Positions 35,981 through 46,401 of a stretch of DNA of 64,000 bases are shown here, piece by piece; within the stretch, counting starts at the first letter, position 1, and each line of letters starts with the position of its first letter. The notes below the pieces were generated by a model. The model saw nothing but the letters and a program-made list of their open reading frames with translations, ran no database searches and was not told where the DNA came from. This DNA is from Candidatus Omnitrophota bacterium (GTDB taxonomy: Bacteria; Omnitrophota; Gorgyraeia; Duberdicusellales; 4484-171): assembly GCA_003154195.1 (NCBI GenBank), contig PMCS01000009.1, positions 19,014 to 83,013 of the forward strand, written 5' to 3'. A program made the position numbers and the translations under genes.

Positions 35981-38900
35981 TTATTTGCCCTTTTCTTCCT
36001 CCGCTTTCCTTTTCCTTTCTTCGATTACCCTCTGGGTAACTTCATAAGGCACTTCCGTATACTTGGCAAATTCCATGGAACAGCTGGCGCGGCCGCTGGA
36101 AAGTGAACGCAATGCCGTGGTGTAACCGAATAATTCCGAAAGGGGCGCCTCCGCGGAAATCACCTTCTGGTTATTCCGTGAATCCATGCTTAAAACTTTA
36201 CCCCGATGCGAGCAGACATTGCCGACAACAGCTCCGGCGTAATCTTCCGGCGTGGTTATCTCTAGTTTCATCTGCGGCTCAAGCAATACCGGCGCGCACT
36301 TGGTAAACGCCTGGCGGAAACAGCCGATGGCCGCCATCTTAAACGCTAATTCCGAAGAATCGACCTCATGGAACGAACCGTCCACAAGATTAGCCTCAAT
36401 ATCCGCTACCGGATACCCGGCGAGGCCGCCCCTCCGCATCGCTTCGACTAACCCTTTTTCCACAGCGGGGATAAAGTTCCGGGGGATCGCCCCGCCGACA
36501 ATACTGTTTTTGAATTTAAACCCCTCGCCGCGGGCGGCGGGTGAGAATTCGATAACCACATGGCCGTACTGGCCGCGGCCGCCGGATTGTTTAACGTGTT
36601 TGTATTCTTCGGAAGCCCCCTTACCGATCGATTCCCGGTAAGCCACCTTAGGCTTTCCCACTACCGCTTCGACGCCGAATTCATGCTTCAGCCGGTCCAC
36701 GATGATTTCCAAGTGGAGCTCGCCCATACCGGTCAAAATCGTTTCCTTGGTTTCTTCATCGGATTGAACCATAAACGTAGGGTCTTCTTCCGCCAGCTTC
36801 GCCAGTCCTTTAGCCAGTTTATCCTGGTCGGCGCGGGTCGCCGCGGCAATGCTGAGCGATACCACCGGCGTGGGAAATTTTATCGACTCAAGCAACACCG
36901 GATACTCGACATCACAAAGCGTATCGCCGGTAATCGTACTGCTCAGGCCGACTGCGGCGGCGATTTCTCCGGCAAAAACGCTGTCCCGGGATTCGCGCTG
37001 GTTGGCGTGCATCTGGAAAATCCGGCCAATCCGCTCTTTCTTATCTTTGGTCGCGTTCAAGACATAGGATCCGGCTTCCATTGTCCCGGAATAAACCCGG
37101 AAATAGACCAGCTTACCCATATGCGGATCGGTTTGGATCTTAAATGCCAGGGCGGTAAAGGGCTCATCATCCTTAGCGTAGCGAATGATTTCTTTTTCCG
37201 GATCGTTGACGTCATGCCCCTTGATCGGAGGCAGATCCAGGGGCGAAGGGAGATAATCGATAACCGCGTCCAAAAGTTTTTGCACGCCTTTATTTTTAAA
37301 TGACGCTCCGCAGAGAACCGGCACTGCCTTGCCGGCTATCGTCCCCTTGCGAATCGCGGCTTTTATTTCTTCGTTAGTTATCGTCGACTCCGCTTCGAGA
37401 TATTTTCTGGCTAAATCGTCGTCGAGGGAAGCCGCTTTCTCAATCATTTTGTGGCGGTATTCGACCGCCTTATCTTTAAGCTCCGCCGGAATTTCTTCAA
37501 TATTGTAGTCCTTGCCCAGAGAAGTATCTTCATAAATATAGGCTTTCATCTCCAGAAGGTCGATAATGCCTTTAAAATTATCTTCGGCGCCGACCGGGAT
37601 AACCAGCGGTATGGCGTCGGCGCCTAATTTATCCTCGATTTCTTCGAGGACCTTAAAGAAATCGGCGCCCAGACGATCCATTTTATTCACAAATGCCACT
37701 TTCGGAACATGATACTTTTCCGACTGGCGCCAGACCGTTTCCGACTGCGGCTCGACGCCGCCTACAGCGCAGTAAAGCGCCACCGCGCCGTCAAGGACAC
37801 GTAAACTGCGCTCCACTTCCACGGTAAAATCCACATGCCCCGGCGTATCGATAATATTGATACGGTAGTTGTTCCAAAAACAAGTCGTGGCGGCACTGGT
37901 GATGGTAATCCCCCTTTCCTGCTCCTGCTTCATCCAATCCATCGTCGCCTTGCCGTCATGGACCTCGCCGATCTTATGGGAACGGCCGGTATAATAAAGA
38001 ATACGCTCGGTAGTCGTGGTTTTCCCGGCGTCGATGTGCGCCATAATCCCGATATTGCGCAATTTAGAAAGATCGATATGCGCTTTAGCCTCTTTGGCGT
38101 CTTTCGCGGTTTTATCTTTCGGCGCTTTTTCTTCGGGAGAAGCCGTTTCTTGCGGTTTTTGCTCCGGCGCGGCGGCTTCCGGACTGGTTTTGTCTTCCTG
38201 AACCGGCGGCAGCTCTTCCGGTTCTGCCGCTTCCGGCGCGGCAGTCGCTGCCGAGACCGCCGGAACTTCGGCTTCGGCCGCAGGAGCGGCCGGAACATTT
38301 ATCTTTTCCGGCGCGGTCGAAATCGGCGCCGGTTCTTGTTTATTTTCTTCCCGGGGTTCAACCGAAGTTTCCCCGCCGGCCGTCTCACCCGTTTCCGCCT
38401 TTGGTCGAGGTTCGGCCGGCACGGCTTCCTTTTTTTCCTCTTCGGGCGCGTTTTCCGCGGCCGGAGCCGCGGCCGGAACCGCCGGCGGAACCACCGACGA
38501 TACGGACTCAACCTTAGCTCCGCCGTTTACCCCTTCCGGCTCCGGGCCGGCGACAATCGTTTCTGCCTCAACTTTTTCTTCTTTTCCCTGAGGCTTCGCT
38601 TCTTTCAATTCCGGCTCGACTTCCGTTTTAACCGCGGCCGGCAAAACCGCCGCCTTTTCTTCTTTTCGGCCGAAAACTTCTTTAGCGATCTTATCTAATT
38701 CGCTGGGCGGCTCGGCGTTTATGGTTTCGGCTTCCGGCTCTTTTTTCCTTGCTCCCGGTTCCGGCCGTAACTGCTTAAGTGTTTCCTCTTTTTCTTTTAA
38801 GCGAGTTAACAGGAAATCGTACTCTTCTTTGGAAACCCAGCTGCTGGCGGTACTCTTCTTTTTAAAGTCGCCGACGATCGTGCTGAGTTCTTTCACCTTG

Positions 38901-39451
38901 ATGCCGGCGTCTTCAACTTCTTTCAGGTGTTTTTTTATCTGGGCTTTGAGAAGGTTACTCTCCTCGGCCAATTCTTTATTTTTTGCTTCCAGCGGCGCCA
39001 CTCGTTCCTGCGTTTCGCGTATTGTTTTAGACAACTTGACATTTTGAGAAAATTGCTCGTCTCGCTCTTTCTCTTTACCAAGCACCCTCTCCTGCAATTG
39101 AGCGTTTTCTTTTTTAAGCTGCGCCTGGCGTTCCTCGAATTCCTCTTTTTTTACTGTCCCCTCTTTCAATGCCGCTTCCCTTCCCAGGGCCGCGGCCAGC
39201 TCAACTTTAACCTTAGCGGCTTCGAGCCGGGAAGAATCCAATTCCGATTGTATCGCGGCGATTTGTTCTTCCGGCTTTATTTTGGGACGGGCTTCTTTTT
39301 TAAATAACGTTAGTTTGGCTTTCGTTTCGGCAGGCTTAGGCGCCTTTTTCTTTTCCCGGCTACCCATCCCTCGGGAAGGTATAAAAAAAACGGCAAGCAA
39401 AGCTCCCACACATAGAATAACAAATAAACCTATCAAAAACATCCCATCCAT
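35981..39451 (-). CDS. fusA: Elongation factor G homolog with a ~460-aa N-terminal extension (TM helix, coiled coil, Pro/Ala/Glu-rich linker)
   Basis: Complete EF-G (G1 AHIDAGKTT…DTPGHVDF…NKMD, domains II-V). No canonical start codon at the expected EF-G N-terminus; the same frame is open 1.4 kb further upstream. Confidence 0.7.
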   Translation of the reverse strand: MDGMFLIGLFVILCVGALLAVFFIPSRGMGSREKKKAPKPAETKAKLTLFKKEARPKIKPEEQIAAIQSELDSSRLEAAKVKVELAAALGREAALKEGTVKKEEFEERQAQLKKENAQLQERVLGKEKERDEQFSQNVKLSKTIRETQERVAPLEAKNKELAEESNLLKAQIKKHLKEVEDAGIKVKELSTIVGDFKKKSTASSWVSKEEYDFLLTRLKEKEETLKQLRPEPGARKKEPEAETINAEPPSELDKIAKEVFGRKEEKAAVLPAAVKTEVEPELKEAKPQGKEEKVEAETIVAGPEPEGVNGGAKVESVSSVVPPAVPAAAPAAENAPEEEKKEAVPAEPRPKAETGETAGGETSVEPREENKQEPAPISTAPEKINVPAAPAAEAEVPAVSAATAAPEAAEPEELPPVQEDKTSPEAAAPEQKPQETASPEEKAPKDKTAKDAKEAKAHIDLSKLRNIGIMAHIDAGKTTTTERILYYTGRSHKIGEVHDGKATMDWMKQEQERGITITSAATTCFWNNYRINIIDTPGHVDFTVEVERSLRVLDGAVALYCAVGGVEPQSETVWRQSEKYHVPKVAFVNKMDRLGADFFKVLEEIEDKLGADAIPLVIPVGAEDNFKGIIDLLEMKAYIYEDTSLGKDYNIEEIPAELKDKAVEYRHKMIEKAASLDDDLARKYLEAESTITNEEIKAAIRKGTIAGKAVPVLCGASFKNKGVQKLLDAVIDYLPSPLDLPPIKGHDVNDPEKEIIRYAKDDEPFTALAFKIQTDPHMGKLVYFRVYSGTMEAGSYVLNATKDKKERIGRIFQMHANQRESRDSVFAGEIAAAVGLSSTITGDTLCDVEYPVLLESIKFPTPVVSLSIAAATRADQDKLAKGLAKLAEEDPTFMVQSDEETKETILTGMGELHLEIIVDRLKHEFGVEAVVGKPKVAYRESIGKGASEEYKHVKQSGGRGQYGHVVIEFSPAARGEGFKFKNSIVGGAIPRNFIPAVEKGLVEAMRRGGLAGYPVADIEANLVDGSFHEVDSSELAFKMAAIGCFRQAFTKCAPVLLEPQMKLEITTPEDYAGAVVGNVCSHRGKVLSMDSRNNQKVISAEAPLSELFGYTTALRSLSSGRASCSMEFAKYTEVPYEVTQRVIEERKRKAEEEKGK

Positions 39452-39564
39452 ATCGCCTCAAACCTCTTCGCTTCAGAGCAATGGAGCTAAGCATCACCAT
39501 GTAGCATCGGGACAAGTTTTATTGCCCGGCGTTAATTTTACTATGTCAAAATTAGTACTAAACT

Positions 39565-39658
39565 CATTGCCCTTCGACTCGTAGTTCGACTTTGTTCACT
39601 ATCCCTCGAACATCCCGAGCGAAGTCGAGGGACTGTCGCTCGCTCATGGTTTCACCGC
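39565..39658 (+). repeat. Copy of the CCTTCGACTCG…CGCTCGCTCA dispersed repeat family
   Basis: cattgcccttcgactcg…gtcgctcgctcatgg. Confidence 0.4.
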
Positions 39659-39735
39659 CCCCATAGATACCTATATAAAGAAGCGGGATCCCGCCAAGGG
39701 CGGGAAATTTTTCCGGCTGTATCCAGCCGGAAAAA

Positions 39736-40653
39736 TTAAATATATTCCACCATCCGCTCCAACGCGGTTTTTGCCTGCTTGATGATTTGCTCATCAAGCT
39801 CAATTTCATAGATCTCATGGCTTAAAGCCCGATGCAATTCGTTCAAGGTTGTCTTTTTCATATTTATACAGGTACGCGCGGTTCCCAGAGAATAGAATTC
39901 TTTTTGGGGATTTTCTTTTTGCAGCCGATAGACAAGCGCCTCTTCGGTTCCAATGATAAACACTTTAGCGCCCGATTCTTTGGCACGCTTTAACATCCCC
40001 GCCGTAGAAACAACATAGTCGGCCTTTTCCAATATTTCACTGCGGCATTCGGGATGCGCGAGGACTTCCGCCTCGGGAAAATTTTTCTTCGCTTCTTCTA
40101 AGTCTTTTAAGGTAAATTGTTCGTGCACATAACAAAAACCCTGCCAGACAATAATTTCTTTTTCCGGAACATTTTTCTTAACCCACCAGCCTAAATTCTT
40201 ATCCGGCACAAAAATAACTTTTTTTGCCGGGATGCCCCGGACGACCTGTATAGCGTTGCTGGAAGTACAACATACATCGCTCAGCGCTTTTACGCTTGCC
40301 GCAGTATTGACATAGCTGACCACCCAGGCGCCGGGATGTTTCTTTTTTAATTCCTCGACTTCTTCCGGTTCAATCGTATCCGCCAGGGGGCATCCGGCCT
40401 CTAAAACCGGTAAAATAATTCTTTTTTGCGGCGAGAGTATCTTGGCGGTCTCCGCCATGAATTTAACCCCGCAAAAAATAATTAGCTTCTCGACGAGCTT
40501 GGCGGAAATCCGGGAAAGCTCCAGTGAATCCCCCAGGTAATCGGCGACATTCTGGATATCGGGAATCTGGTAATTATGCGCCAGGATTACCGCGCCTTTT
40601 TCTTTCTTCAGCCTCTGGATTTCGGCGTTTAACACTTCCCGATTAATGCTCAT
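39736..40653 (-). CDS. nadA: Quinolinate synthase NadA
   Basis: Full-length NadA-like (…ILAHNYQ…FCGVKFMAETAKIL…). Confidence 0.85.
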   Translation of the reverse strand: MSINREVLNAEIQRLKKEKGAVILAHNYQIPDIQNVADYLGDSLELSRISAKLVEKLIIFCGVKFMAETAKILSPQKRIILPVLEAGCPLADTIEPEEVEELKKKHPGAWVVSYVNTAASVKALSDVCCTSSNAIQVVRGIPAKKVIFVPDKNLGWWVKKNVPEKEIIVWQGFCYVHEQFTLKDLEEAKKNFPEAEVLAHPECRSEILEKADYVVSTAGMLKRAKESGAKVFIIGTEEALVYRLQKENPQKEFYSLGTARTCINMKKTTLNELHRALSHEIYEIELDEQIIKQAKTALERMVEYI

Positions 40654-40740
40654 TGCTTATCTCATTAGAATAATGATGACCGCCGATGAGAAGATGCAGA
40701 TGACCACAGATAAAATAATCAAATTCCCAACAGCTATCTG

Positions 40741-40775
40741 CGATCATCTGTTTCTTTTAATCCGCGATCATCTGC
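40741..40775 (+). promoter_or_regulatory. Direct repeats gcgatcatctg (x2, 24 bp apart) plus an agatgcagatg upstream copy between nadA and glnA; ATCTG-motif family
   Basis: Seen in the sequence. Confidence 0.3.
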
Positions 40776-40778
40776 GTA

Positions 40779-42866
40779 TCACAGGACTAAAAGCAAATCC
40801 TGGTATTTCGCCAGCGGCCAGAACTCCCACGCCACCACAGTCTCGGCGTAATCTACGGCCGCCCGTAATCCGCCTAACGCTTGGCTTCCTTTTTCGGCGT
40901 AGAGATGCGCTTTTTTAAATAAATCGTTTTCTTTTTCGCAAACCGCCAGCGCTTTTTCCAAACCGGCGATGCCGTCTTTAATCTCGTTGTATACTTTTTC
41001 AAGATTCTTAATGTCGGCGGCAATCGCTTTATTTTTTGCGCTGAACCGGGCCGCCTTACCGGCCAGGTTTATCTGTTGCAAAACGGCCGGTAAAATATAA
41101 GTTTCGGCGATTTCGCGCGCCGTTTTGAACTCGACATCTTTAAGCTTGATGTACATATCAAGTTTTATTTCCACCTTGGAATGCAATTCCCGCTCCGAAA
41201 GAATCTTGTATTTCGTAAATAGTTCGACCGCGGGTTTTTCGATTAACATCTCCAGGGCCGCCGGAGTGGTCTTCTTATTGGGTAGGCCTCTTTTTTCCGC
41301 TTCCTCGTGCCACTGGGCCGAATAGTTATTTCCCTCAAACCGCACCCGCTTGGTTTCCTTGATAATATCTTTCATCACCAGAAAAGCGTTGGTTTTGGCA
41401 TCGCCTTTCTTAGCCGATATCCTCCGGTTGATTTCATCGTAACCGTACGCTACCAGGAGATTCAACAGCGTAGCCGCTTCGGAACAATTTTGCGACGAGC
41501 CTACGGCCCGGAATTCAAATTTGTTGCCGGTAAAGGCGATCGGCGATGTGCGGTTACGGTCGGAGGTATCCTTGGCAACCCGGGGAAGATTTTGCACGCC
41601 GATATTGATATGTGATATTTTCTGCTCGGTTACCTTGCCGATCCCCTCGATTACATCGAGAATCGCATCAAGGTATTCCCCCAGATAAACCGACATAATC
41701 GCCGGCGGCGCTTCGTTGGCGCCGAGCCGATGGTCATTGCCGGCATCGGCGACTGCGGCGCGCAGCAAGCCGCCGTATTTATTGACGCCCAGTAAAATCG
41801 CGCCCAGCGTCATCAGAAAGCTCATATTTTGCCTGGGCGAAGATGAAGGCTCAAGATAGTTAACACCGGTGTCATCACCCAGCGACCAGTTAAAATGCTT
41901 GCCGGAACCGTTTACGCCGGCTAACGGCTTCTCGTGCAATACTGCTACCATATCATGCTTGTCGGCAACCTTGGTGATAATATCCATCAACTGCAGATTA
42001 TGGTCAACCGCCAGATTAAGCTCTTCGTAAAGCGGCGCTATCTCAAATTGGTTGGGCGATACTTCATTATGCCGCGTCTTAGACGGTATCCCGCGGCGGT
42101 ATAACTGGATATCGAATTCTTCCATAAACATGATTACTTTGTCTTTGATTGCCGCGAAATAATGGTCTTCCATCTGCTGGCCTTTTGCCGGCGGCGCGCC
42201 AAAAAGCGTCCGGTTGCAAACCTTTAAATCAGGGCGCCTGGCGCAAAGCTTTTTAGAAAAAAGAAAATATTCCTGTTCCGGCCCGGCGAAAACCTTGATT
42301 CTTTTCGCGGCGGTATTGCCTAATAATTTCTGCAGCTTCAAAGCGGAATCGTTCAATGCCTTCATCGAACGAAGCATTGGCGTTTTTAAATCAAGCACGT
42401 CGCCGGTCCACGATAAAAATACGGAAGGGATAACCAGGGTTTTTGTGTCGCCCGCTTCCAATAAAAACGCCGGGCTGGTAGGGTCCCAGGCGGTATAGCC
42501 TCTGGCCTCAAACGTGGAACGGATTCCTCCCGAAGGAAAGGAAGAGGCGTCCGGCTCCGACTGGATGAGCTGCTTGGCCGAAAAACGTTCGATGATTTCA
42601 CCGTCTTCGCCGTAAGTGATAAAGGCGTCGTGTTTCTCGGCGGTGCCGCCGCGCTGCGGCTGGAACCAATGGGTAAAATGCGTCGCCCCGTTTTCCAACG
42701 CCCATTCCTTCATCGCGTGAGCAACATCCGGCGCGATTGCTTCATCCAAGGGCTGGCCGTACTGTATCGTATCGATAAGCTTGGAATAAATGGTTTTACT
42801 CAGCTTAGACTTCATCACTTCCTTATTAAAGGTAAGCTCTCCGAATATCTTAGTTATGTCAGGCAT
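40779..42866 (-). CDS. glnA: Glutamine synthetase type III (GSIII)
   Basis: ~695 aa with the GSIII-type N-terminus (MPDITKIFGELTFN…) and a GS catalytic region. Confidence 0.8.
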   Translation of the reverse strand: MPDITKIFGELTFNKEVMKSKLSKTIYSKLIDTIQYGQPLDEAIAPDVAHAMKEWALENGATHFTHWFQPQRGGTAEKHDAFITYGEDGEIIERFSAKQLIQSEPDASSFPSGGIRSTFEARGYTAWDPTSPAFLLEAGDTKTLVIPSVFLSWTGDVLDLKTPMLRSMKALNDSALKLQKLLGNTAAKRIKVFAGPEQEYFLFSKKLCARRPDLKVCNRTLFGAPPAKGQQMEDHYFAAIKDKVIMFMEEFDIQLYRRGIPSKTRHNEVSPNQFEIAPLYEELNLAVDHNLQLMDIITKVADKHDMVAVLHEKPLAGVNGSGKHFNWSLGDDTGVNYLEPSSSPRQNMSFLMTLGAILLGVNKYGGLLRAAVADAGNDHRLGANEAPPAIMSVYLGEYLDAILDVIEGIGKVTEQKISHINIGVQNLPRVAKDTSDRNRTSPIAFTGNKFEFRAVGSSQNCSEAATLLNLLVAYGYDEINRRISAKKGDAKTNAFLVMKDIIKETKRVRFEGNNYSAQWHEEAEKRGLPNKKTTPAALEMLIEKPAVELFTKYKILSERELHSKVEIKLDMYIKLKDVEFKTAREIAETYILPAVLQQINLAGKAARFSAKNKAIAADIKNLEKVYNEIKDGIAGLEKALAVCEKENDLFKKAHLYAEKGSQALGGLRAAVDYAETVVAWEFWPLAKYQDLLLVL

Positions 42867-43017
42867 ACAATCTCCTTCGCTAAAAGTTATAGTTACGATA
42901 CCTATTGAGCCATGCTTATGGCCAATAAAGCTACCGATATATTTCAGGAAAGTCTTATTTTAGCAGGGTTTTAAAGCAAATCAATCATTTTGCGTATCTT
43001 GGGGAATTATATTAATT

Positions 43018-43689
43018 TTACTGCGGCCGGTCGTTCAACAAAAGCAAGGTGAAACCTCCGTCGGCCCGTTGCCGTAAATAAGTTATTTGGGCATTTTCGA
43101 GATAAACACTAAGGCTATGGCCTAAAATTTTTTCAATCAGTTTCTTGCCGCATGTGCCATGCCCGACCAGAAGGATAGTTTTGTCTTTATACCAAAAACT
43201 TTTAACCAGATTCCGGTACAAATCCTCCACCTGCCGCGTCCCCTGCTCATAATAGTCGGACAAGTAATAACAGCGCTTACCTTCGACAAGGGAAAAGTAT
43301 TGGCGTTCGCCCGGCACCACATTCACCAACCGGCCGCTCAAGGCGCCCTTTGTCGGCGTAAAACCATGCTTACCGCTGGAACAACACTCGGCCAGTTCCG
43401 GCCAGATATAAGCGATAGCGCCGTGTTTTTTAAGATAAGGCAGGATGGTCAACCGGGCGCGGGTCAGCGGGCTTGCTAAAATAATGTCAAACTTAAACTT
43501 TTCCAGTTTGACGACGACATTCTGGGTCTGGCGGCGGCCGATGGCAGTCAGGGTATCGCCGTTATTCCCCGAATAATCGCCGCCGGCGTTGCCGATAGTT
43601 TCAGCGTGGCGAAGGAAAATAATATCAAGCGGAAAAACTTCTATCGACAGGCATAAAAACAGCAAAAAAAGGGATAATATTTTTTTCAT
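43018..43689 (-). CDS. Histidine phosphatase superfamily (phosphoglycerate-mutase-like) protein with signal peptide
   Basis: IIFLRHAET.GN…LTAIGRRQ… RHG-type motif; C-terminal LVGHG. Confidence 0.65.
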   Translation of the reverse strand: MKKILSLFLLFLCLSIEVFPLDIIFLRHAETIGNAGGDYSGNNGDTLTAIGRRQTQNVVVKLEKFKFDIILASPLTRARLTILPYLKKHGAIAYIWPELAECCSSGKHGFTPTKGALSGRLVNVVPGERQYFSLVEGKRCYYLSDYYEQGTRQVEDLYRNLVKSFWYKDKTILLVGHGTCGKKLIEKILGHSLSVYLENAQITYLRQRADGGFTLLLLNDRPQ

Positions 43690-43724
43690 TGAGAGATTAT
43701 AAATAAAAACGTTTAATTTGAAAA

Positions 43725-44240
43725 TTACTTTTTTGCCGTCACCGTGATTTTGTCACCGGTGATCTTAGCATTGGGAATAATAATTTTTTTGTTATTGTCG
43801 CCGGCGATAATAGTGCTGAATATTTGTATTTCCTTTACCTCTCCGCTTGCTCCGTCCGCTTCAATAAAATCTCCTACCTCGAACGGATGGAGTATCACAA
43901 TCATCACCCCCGCGGCAAAATTAGCCAGCGAACCCTGAAAAGCCAAGCCGATCGCCAGGCCGGCGGCACCGACCAAGGCGACAAAAGAAGTCGTCTCTAC
44001 CCCCAGCTTATTAAGGACGGCGATAAATACAAAAATCAGCAGAGTAAAATATGTAATGTTTTTTAAAAAGCTTACGAGCGTTCTGTTTAGTTTGGTTTTG
44101 CGCAACGATTTCTCTACCAGATTAGCAACAATAAGGGCTAACCACCGTCCGAAAACAAAGATGACTATTGCAAAAATAATCTTCATGCCGTAGTCAACGA
44201 CTAACAAGCGCGCTTTGTCAACCAAAGCTATATTGTCCAT
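43725..44240 (-). CDS. MscS-like mechanosensitive channel family protein (short form, 171 aa; C-terminal domain absent)
   Basis: GAAGLAIGLAFQGSLANFAAGVMIVILHPFEVGDFIE TM3/beta-domain signature. Confidence 0.6.
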   Translation of the reverse strand: MDNIALVDKARLLVVDYGMKIIFAIVIFVFGRWLALIVANLVEKSLRKTKLNRTLVSFLKNITYFTLLIFVFIAVLNKLGVETTSFVALVGAAGLAIGLAFQGSLANFAAGVMIVILHPFEVGDFIEADGASGEVKEIQIFSTIIAGDNNKKIIIPNAKITGDKITVTAKK

Positions 44241-44302
44241 ACTCCCTCCTCCCTAAATCAGGGGTTCTGTCAAAATCTTACCTTAAAAAAATCGTAATAT
44301 CG

Positions 44303-45490
44303 CTATCGCGTCAATCCCGCCACAAATCCCGACGCCCAGGCCCAGGCCAGATTATAACCGCCACGCGGGGCTTTGATATCGATAATCTCGCCACAGAAAT
44401 AAAGATTTTTGACGATGGCCGATTCCAGGGTGCCGATTTTAATCTGCGACACTTCGACTCCTCCGTCGGTAAATTCCGCCTCGTTCCAGCCCCGGGTGCC
44501 GGAAACTTTAAACCGCCGGTCTTTCAGGACGGCGGCAATCGTATCCGCGTCGCCACCCCCGGCTAACTCCTTGGAAACTATCCGGAACTTATTGGGCAAG
44601 ATGCCGGTAAATAAATCTTCCCGTGAAAAGCCTTTGCTTAACCGCCGCTTAAATTCTGCGGCTAACGCGTCTTTATCCATAAACGGCGCCATATCCACCG
44701 ATATTTCTATATCACGGCCATAGCCGCGGTGGATCGCGCAGGATACCGGCCGGCTCATATCGATAATTGCCGTTCCCGATAAACCGTATTTAGTAAAAAT
44801 CAACTCGCCGTCGGCGATAGAAACTACTTTACCGTCGACGATGCCCTTAACCCCGGCGAATATTTTCTGGCCCTGCAAGAGATGACAAAAAGGATCTTTT
44901 GCCGTTAACGCGACGGAAACCGGCATCGGCGTAATAATCTTATGGCCGAGGCCAGCCGCCAGGTCATAGCAGCTTCCGTCCGAACCTAATGCCGGATAAG
45001 TCCTGCCGCCGCCGGCAATAAGCAGTTTTCCACAAAAAACCTTTTTGCCGTTTTTCGCCAGGACGGCATAACCGCCGTCTACTTTGGATATTTCACTTAC
45101 TTCAAAGTTTAACTCGACTGGCACCGCCAGATTTTTTATTTCGATTTCCAGAACGCTTAAAACCGAAGATGCCTGGTTGGTAACGGGAAAAATACGGCCG
45201 TCCTGCGAATAGACGGTTAACCCCAAATCTTTAAAAAATTCGATTATTTTTTCTTTTCCGAATTGGTAAAAAATCGATTCGACCAGCCCTTGCGCCTGCG
45301 GATTATAAAAAGACGGTCCGATGTTGTCGTTGGCAAGGTTACACCTTCCGCCGCCTGAAGCTAATATCTTCTTACCGGCAACCGGCATCCGTTCGCAGAT
45401 TAAAACCGTTTTATTTTTCCTTGCGGCGCTTATCGCGGCCACCAAGCCGCTCGCCCCCGCGCCGATAATCACGATGTCGTATTTTTTCAT
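44303..45490 (-). CDS. HI0933/BaiN-like NAD(P)/FAD-dependent flavoprotein; ORF is open to GTG 45514
   Basis: YDIVIIGAGASGLVAA dinucleotide-binding motif; …GGGRCNLAN…. Confidence 0.75.
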   Translation of the reverse strand: MKKYDIVIIGAGASGLVAAISAARKNKTVLICERMPVAGKKILASGGGRCNLANDNIGPSFYNPQAQGLVESIFYQFGKEKIIEFFKDLGLTVYSQDGRIFPVTNQASSVLSVLEIEIKNLAVPVELNFEVSEISKVDGGYAVLAKNGKKVFCGKLLIAGGGRTYPALGSDGSCYDLAAGLGHKIITPMPVSVALTAKDPFCHLLQGQKIFAGVKGIVDGKVVSIADGELIFTKYGLSGTAIIDMSRPVSCAIHRGYGRDIEISVDMAPFMDKDALAAEFKRRLSKGFSREDLFTGILPNKFRIVSKELAGGGDADTIAAVLKDRRFKVSGTRGWNEAEFTDGGVEVSQIKIGTLESAIVKNLYFCGEIIDIKAPRGGYNLAWAWASGFVAGLTR

Positions 45491-45664
45491 ATCGTTTGGA
45501 GAAAAATAAACCACGAAATACTTTTATCCTCAGATTATAGCGATTATCAGATTACAAACAAAAACAAGACCAAAAAATATCTAGTCCACAGATTACTCGA
45601 ATTGTCACAGACAAACACGAAATACACGAAAAAAATAATATTGCTTATGCCTATCGGTGATAAA

Positions 45665-45730
45665 AACTTAATTTCTTAATCCGTGAAAATCTGCGTAATC
45701 TGTGGATGAAAATATTTTTAGTTTTTAATT
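45665..45730 (+). repeat. Partial copy of the ~90-bp ATCTG-triple-repeat element (…aatccgtgaaaatctgcgtaatctgtggatg…)
   Basis: Matches the cores at 54254, 55111 and 58351. Confidence 0.4.
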
Positions 45731-45747
45731 CTATCCGGGTCTATCAT

Positions 45748-46212
45748 TTACCTGTCTTTCTTTTCATTATCCTCGATTTTTTCCACATCGATAACATTAT
45801 CGTATTCGTTTCTCTCCGGCCCGGGCGAAGCGGAATATGTTGTTTTATGAAAACAAAAAGTTTTTCCGGCCTTCGGCCTGGTAAAAGCATCCGCGACAGA
45901 GCTGATAACGCTGAACCACAACGCGCCCCAGAATGCCGCCCAAAAGTCAACGACATTAAACCCTTTCACCAGCTTCGCGGCCAGGTAAAACATAAAACCG
46001 TTGATGAAAAAAGTAAAAATTCCCAGTGAAAATATATTCAGCGGTAGTGTCAACGCCAATATCAACGGCCGCAAAAACGCGTTAACCAGGCCCAGGGTCA
46101 AAGCCGCCACCGCCAGCGTGTCCCAGTGGTCAACGGTTATTCCGGGTGAGATTTTTATCACCAAGAACAAAACCAGGATATTAAGAAACCATTTTATAAT
46201 AAATTTGTCCAT
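45748..46212 (-). CDS. Phage-holin-family-4-like / small 4-TM membrane protein
   Basis: …LILALTLPLNIFSLGIFTFFINGFMFYLAAKLVKGFNVVDFWAAFWGAL… pattern. Confidence 0.5.
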   Translation of the reverse strand: MDKFIIKWFLNILVLFLVIKISPGITVDHWDTLAVAALTLGLVNAFLRPLILALTLPLNIFSLGIFTFFINGFMFYLAAKLVKGFNVVDFWAAFWGALWFSVISSVADAFTRPKAGKTFCFHKTTYSASPGPERNEYDNVIDVEKIEDNEKKDR

Positions 46213-46296
46213 AGACTAAACTCTCTTAGCCGCAAAGACACCAAGGCACTAAGATTATAAATGCGTTATTTAATTTTAAATTGTTAATTGGTCATT

Positions 46297-46357
46297 TGCC
46301 ATTTTAAATTTTTAAAAATGATAAATGCTCAATGCCTGATGATAATTTTAAAATGAA
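46297..46357 (+). repeat. Conserved AT-rich intergenic element, copy 2
   Basis: See 35917-35977. Confidence 0.4.
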
Positions 46358-46401
46358 TTAATTATTGGTTTTGGTGTCTTTGTGCATTGGTGGCTGATTC
46401 T

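Noticed and set aside
37835-38698. 287-aa Arg-rich ORF on the + strand (and other + strand ORFs at 36252-37303)
   Set aside because: These are antisense to the EF-G homolog; the Arg/Gly/Phe-rich composition is the typical alternative-frame artefact of a Pro/Ala/Glu-rich coding region.
43725-44240. Considered calling the short MscS-like gene a pseudogene (it lacks the C-terminal domain)
   Set aside because: The ORF ends cleanly 35 bp before the next gene and there is no downstream remnant of the missing domain; short MscS-family variants exist, so it was left as a CDS with a note.
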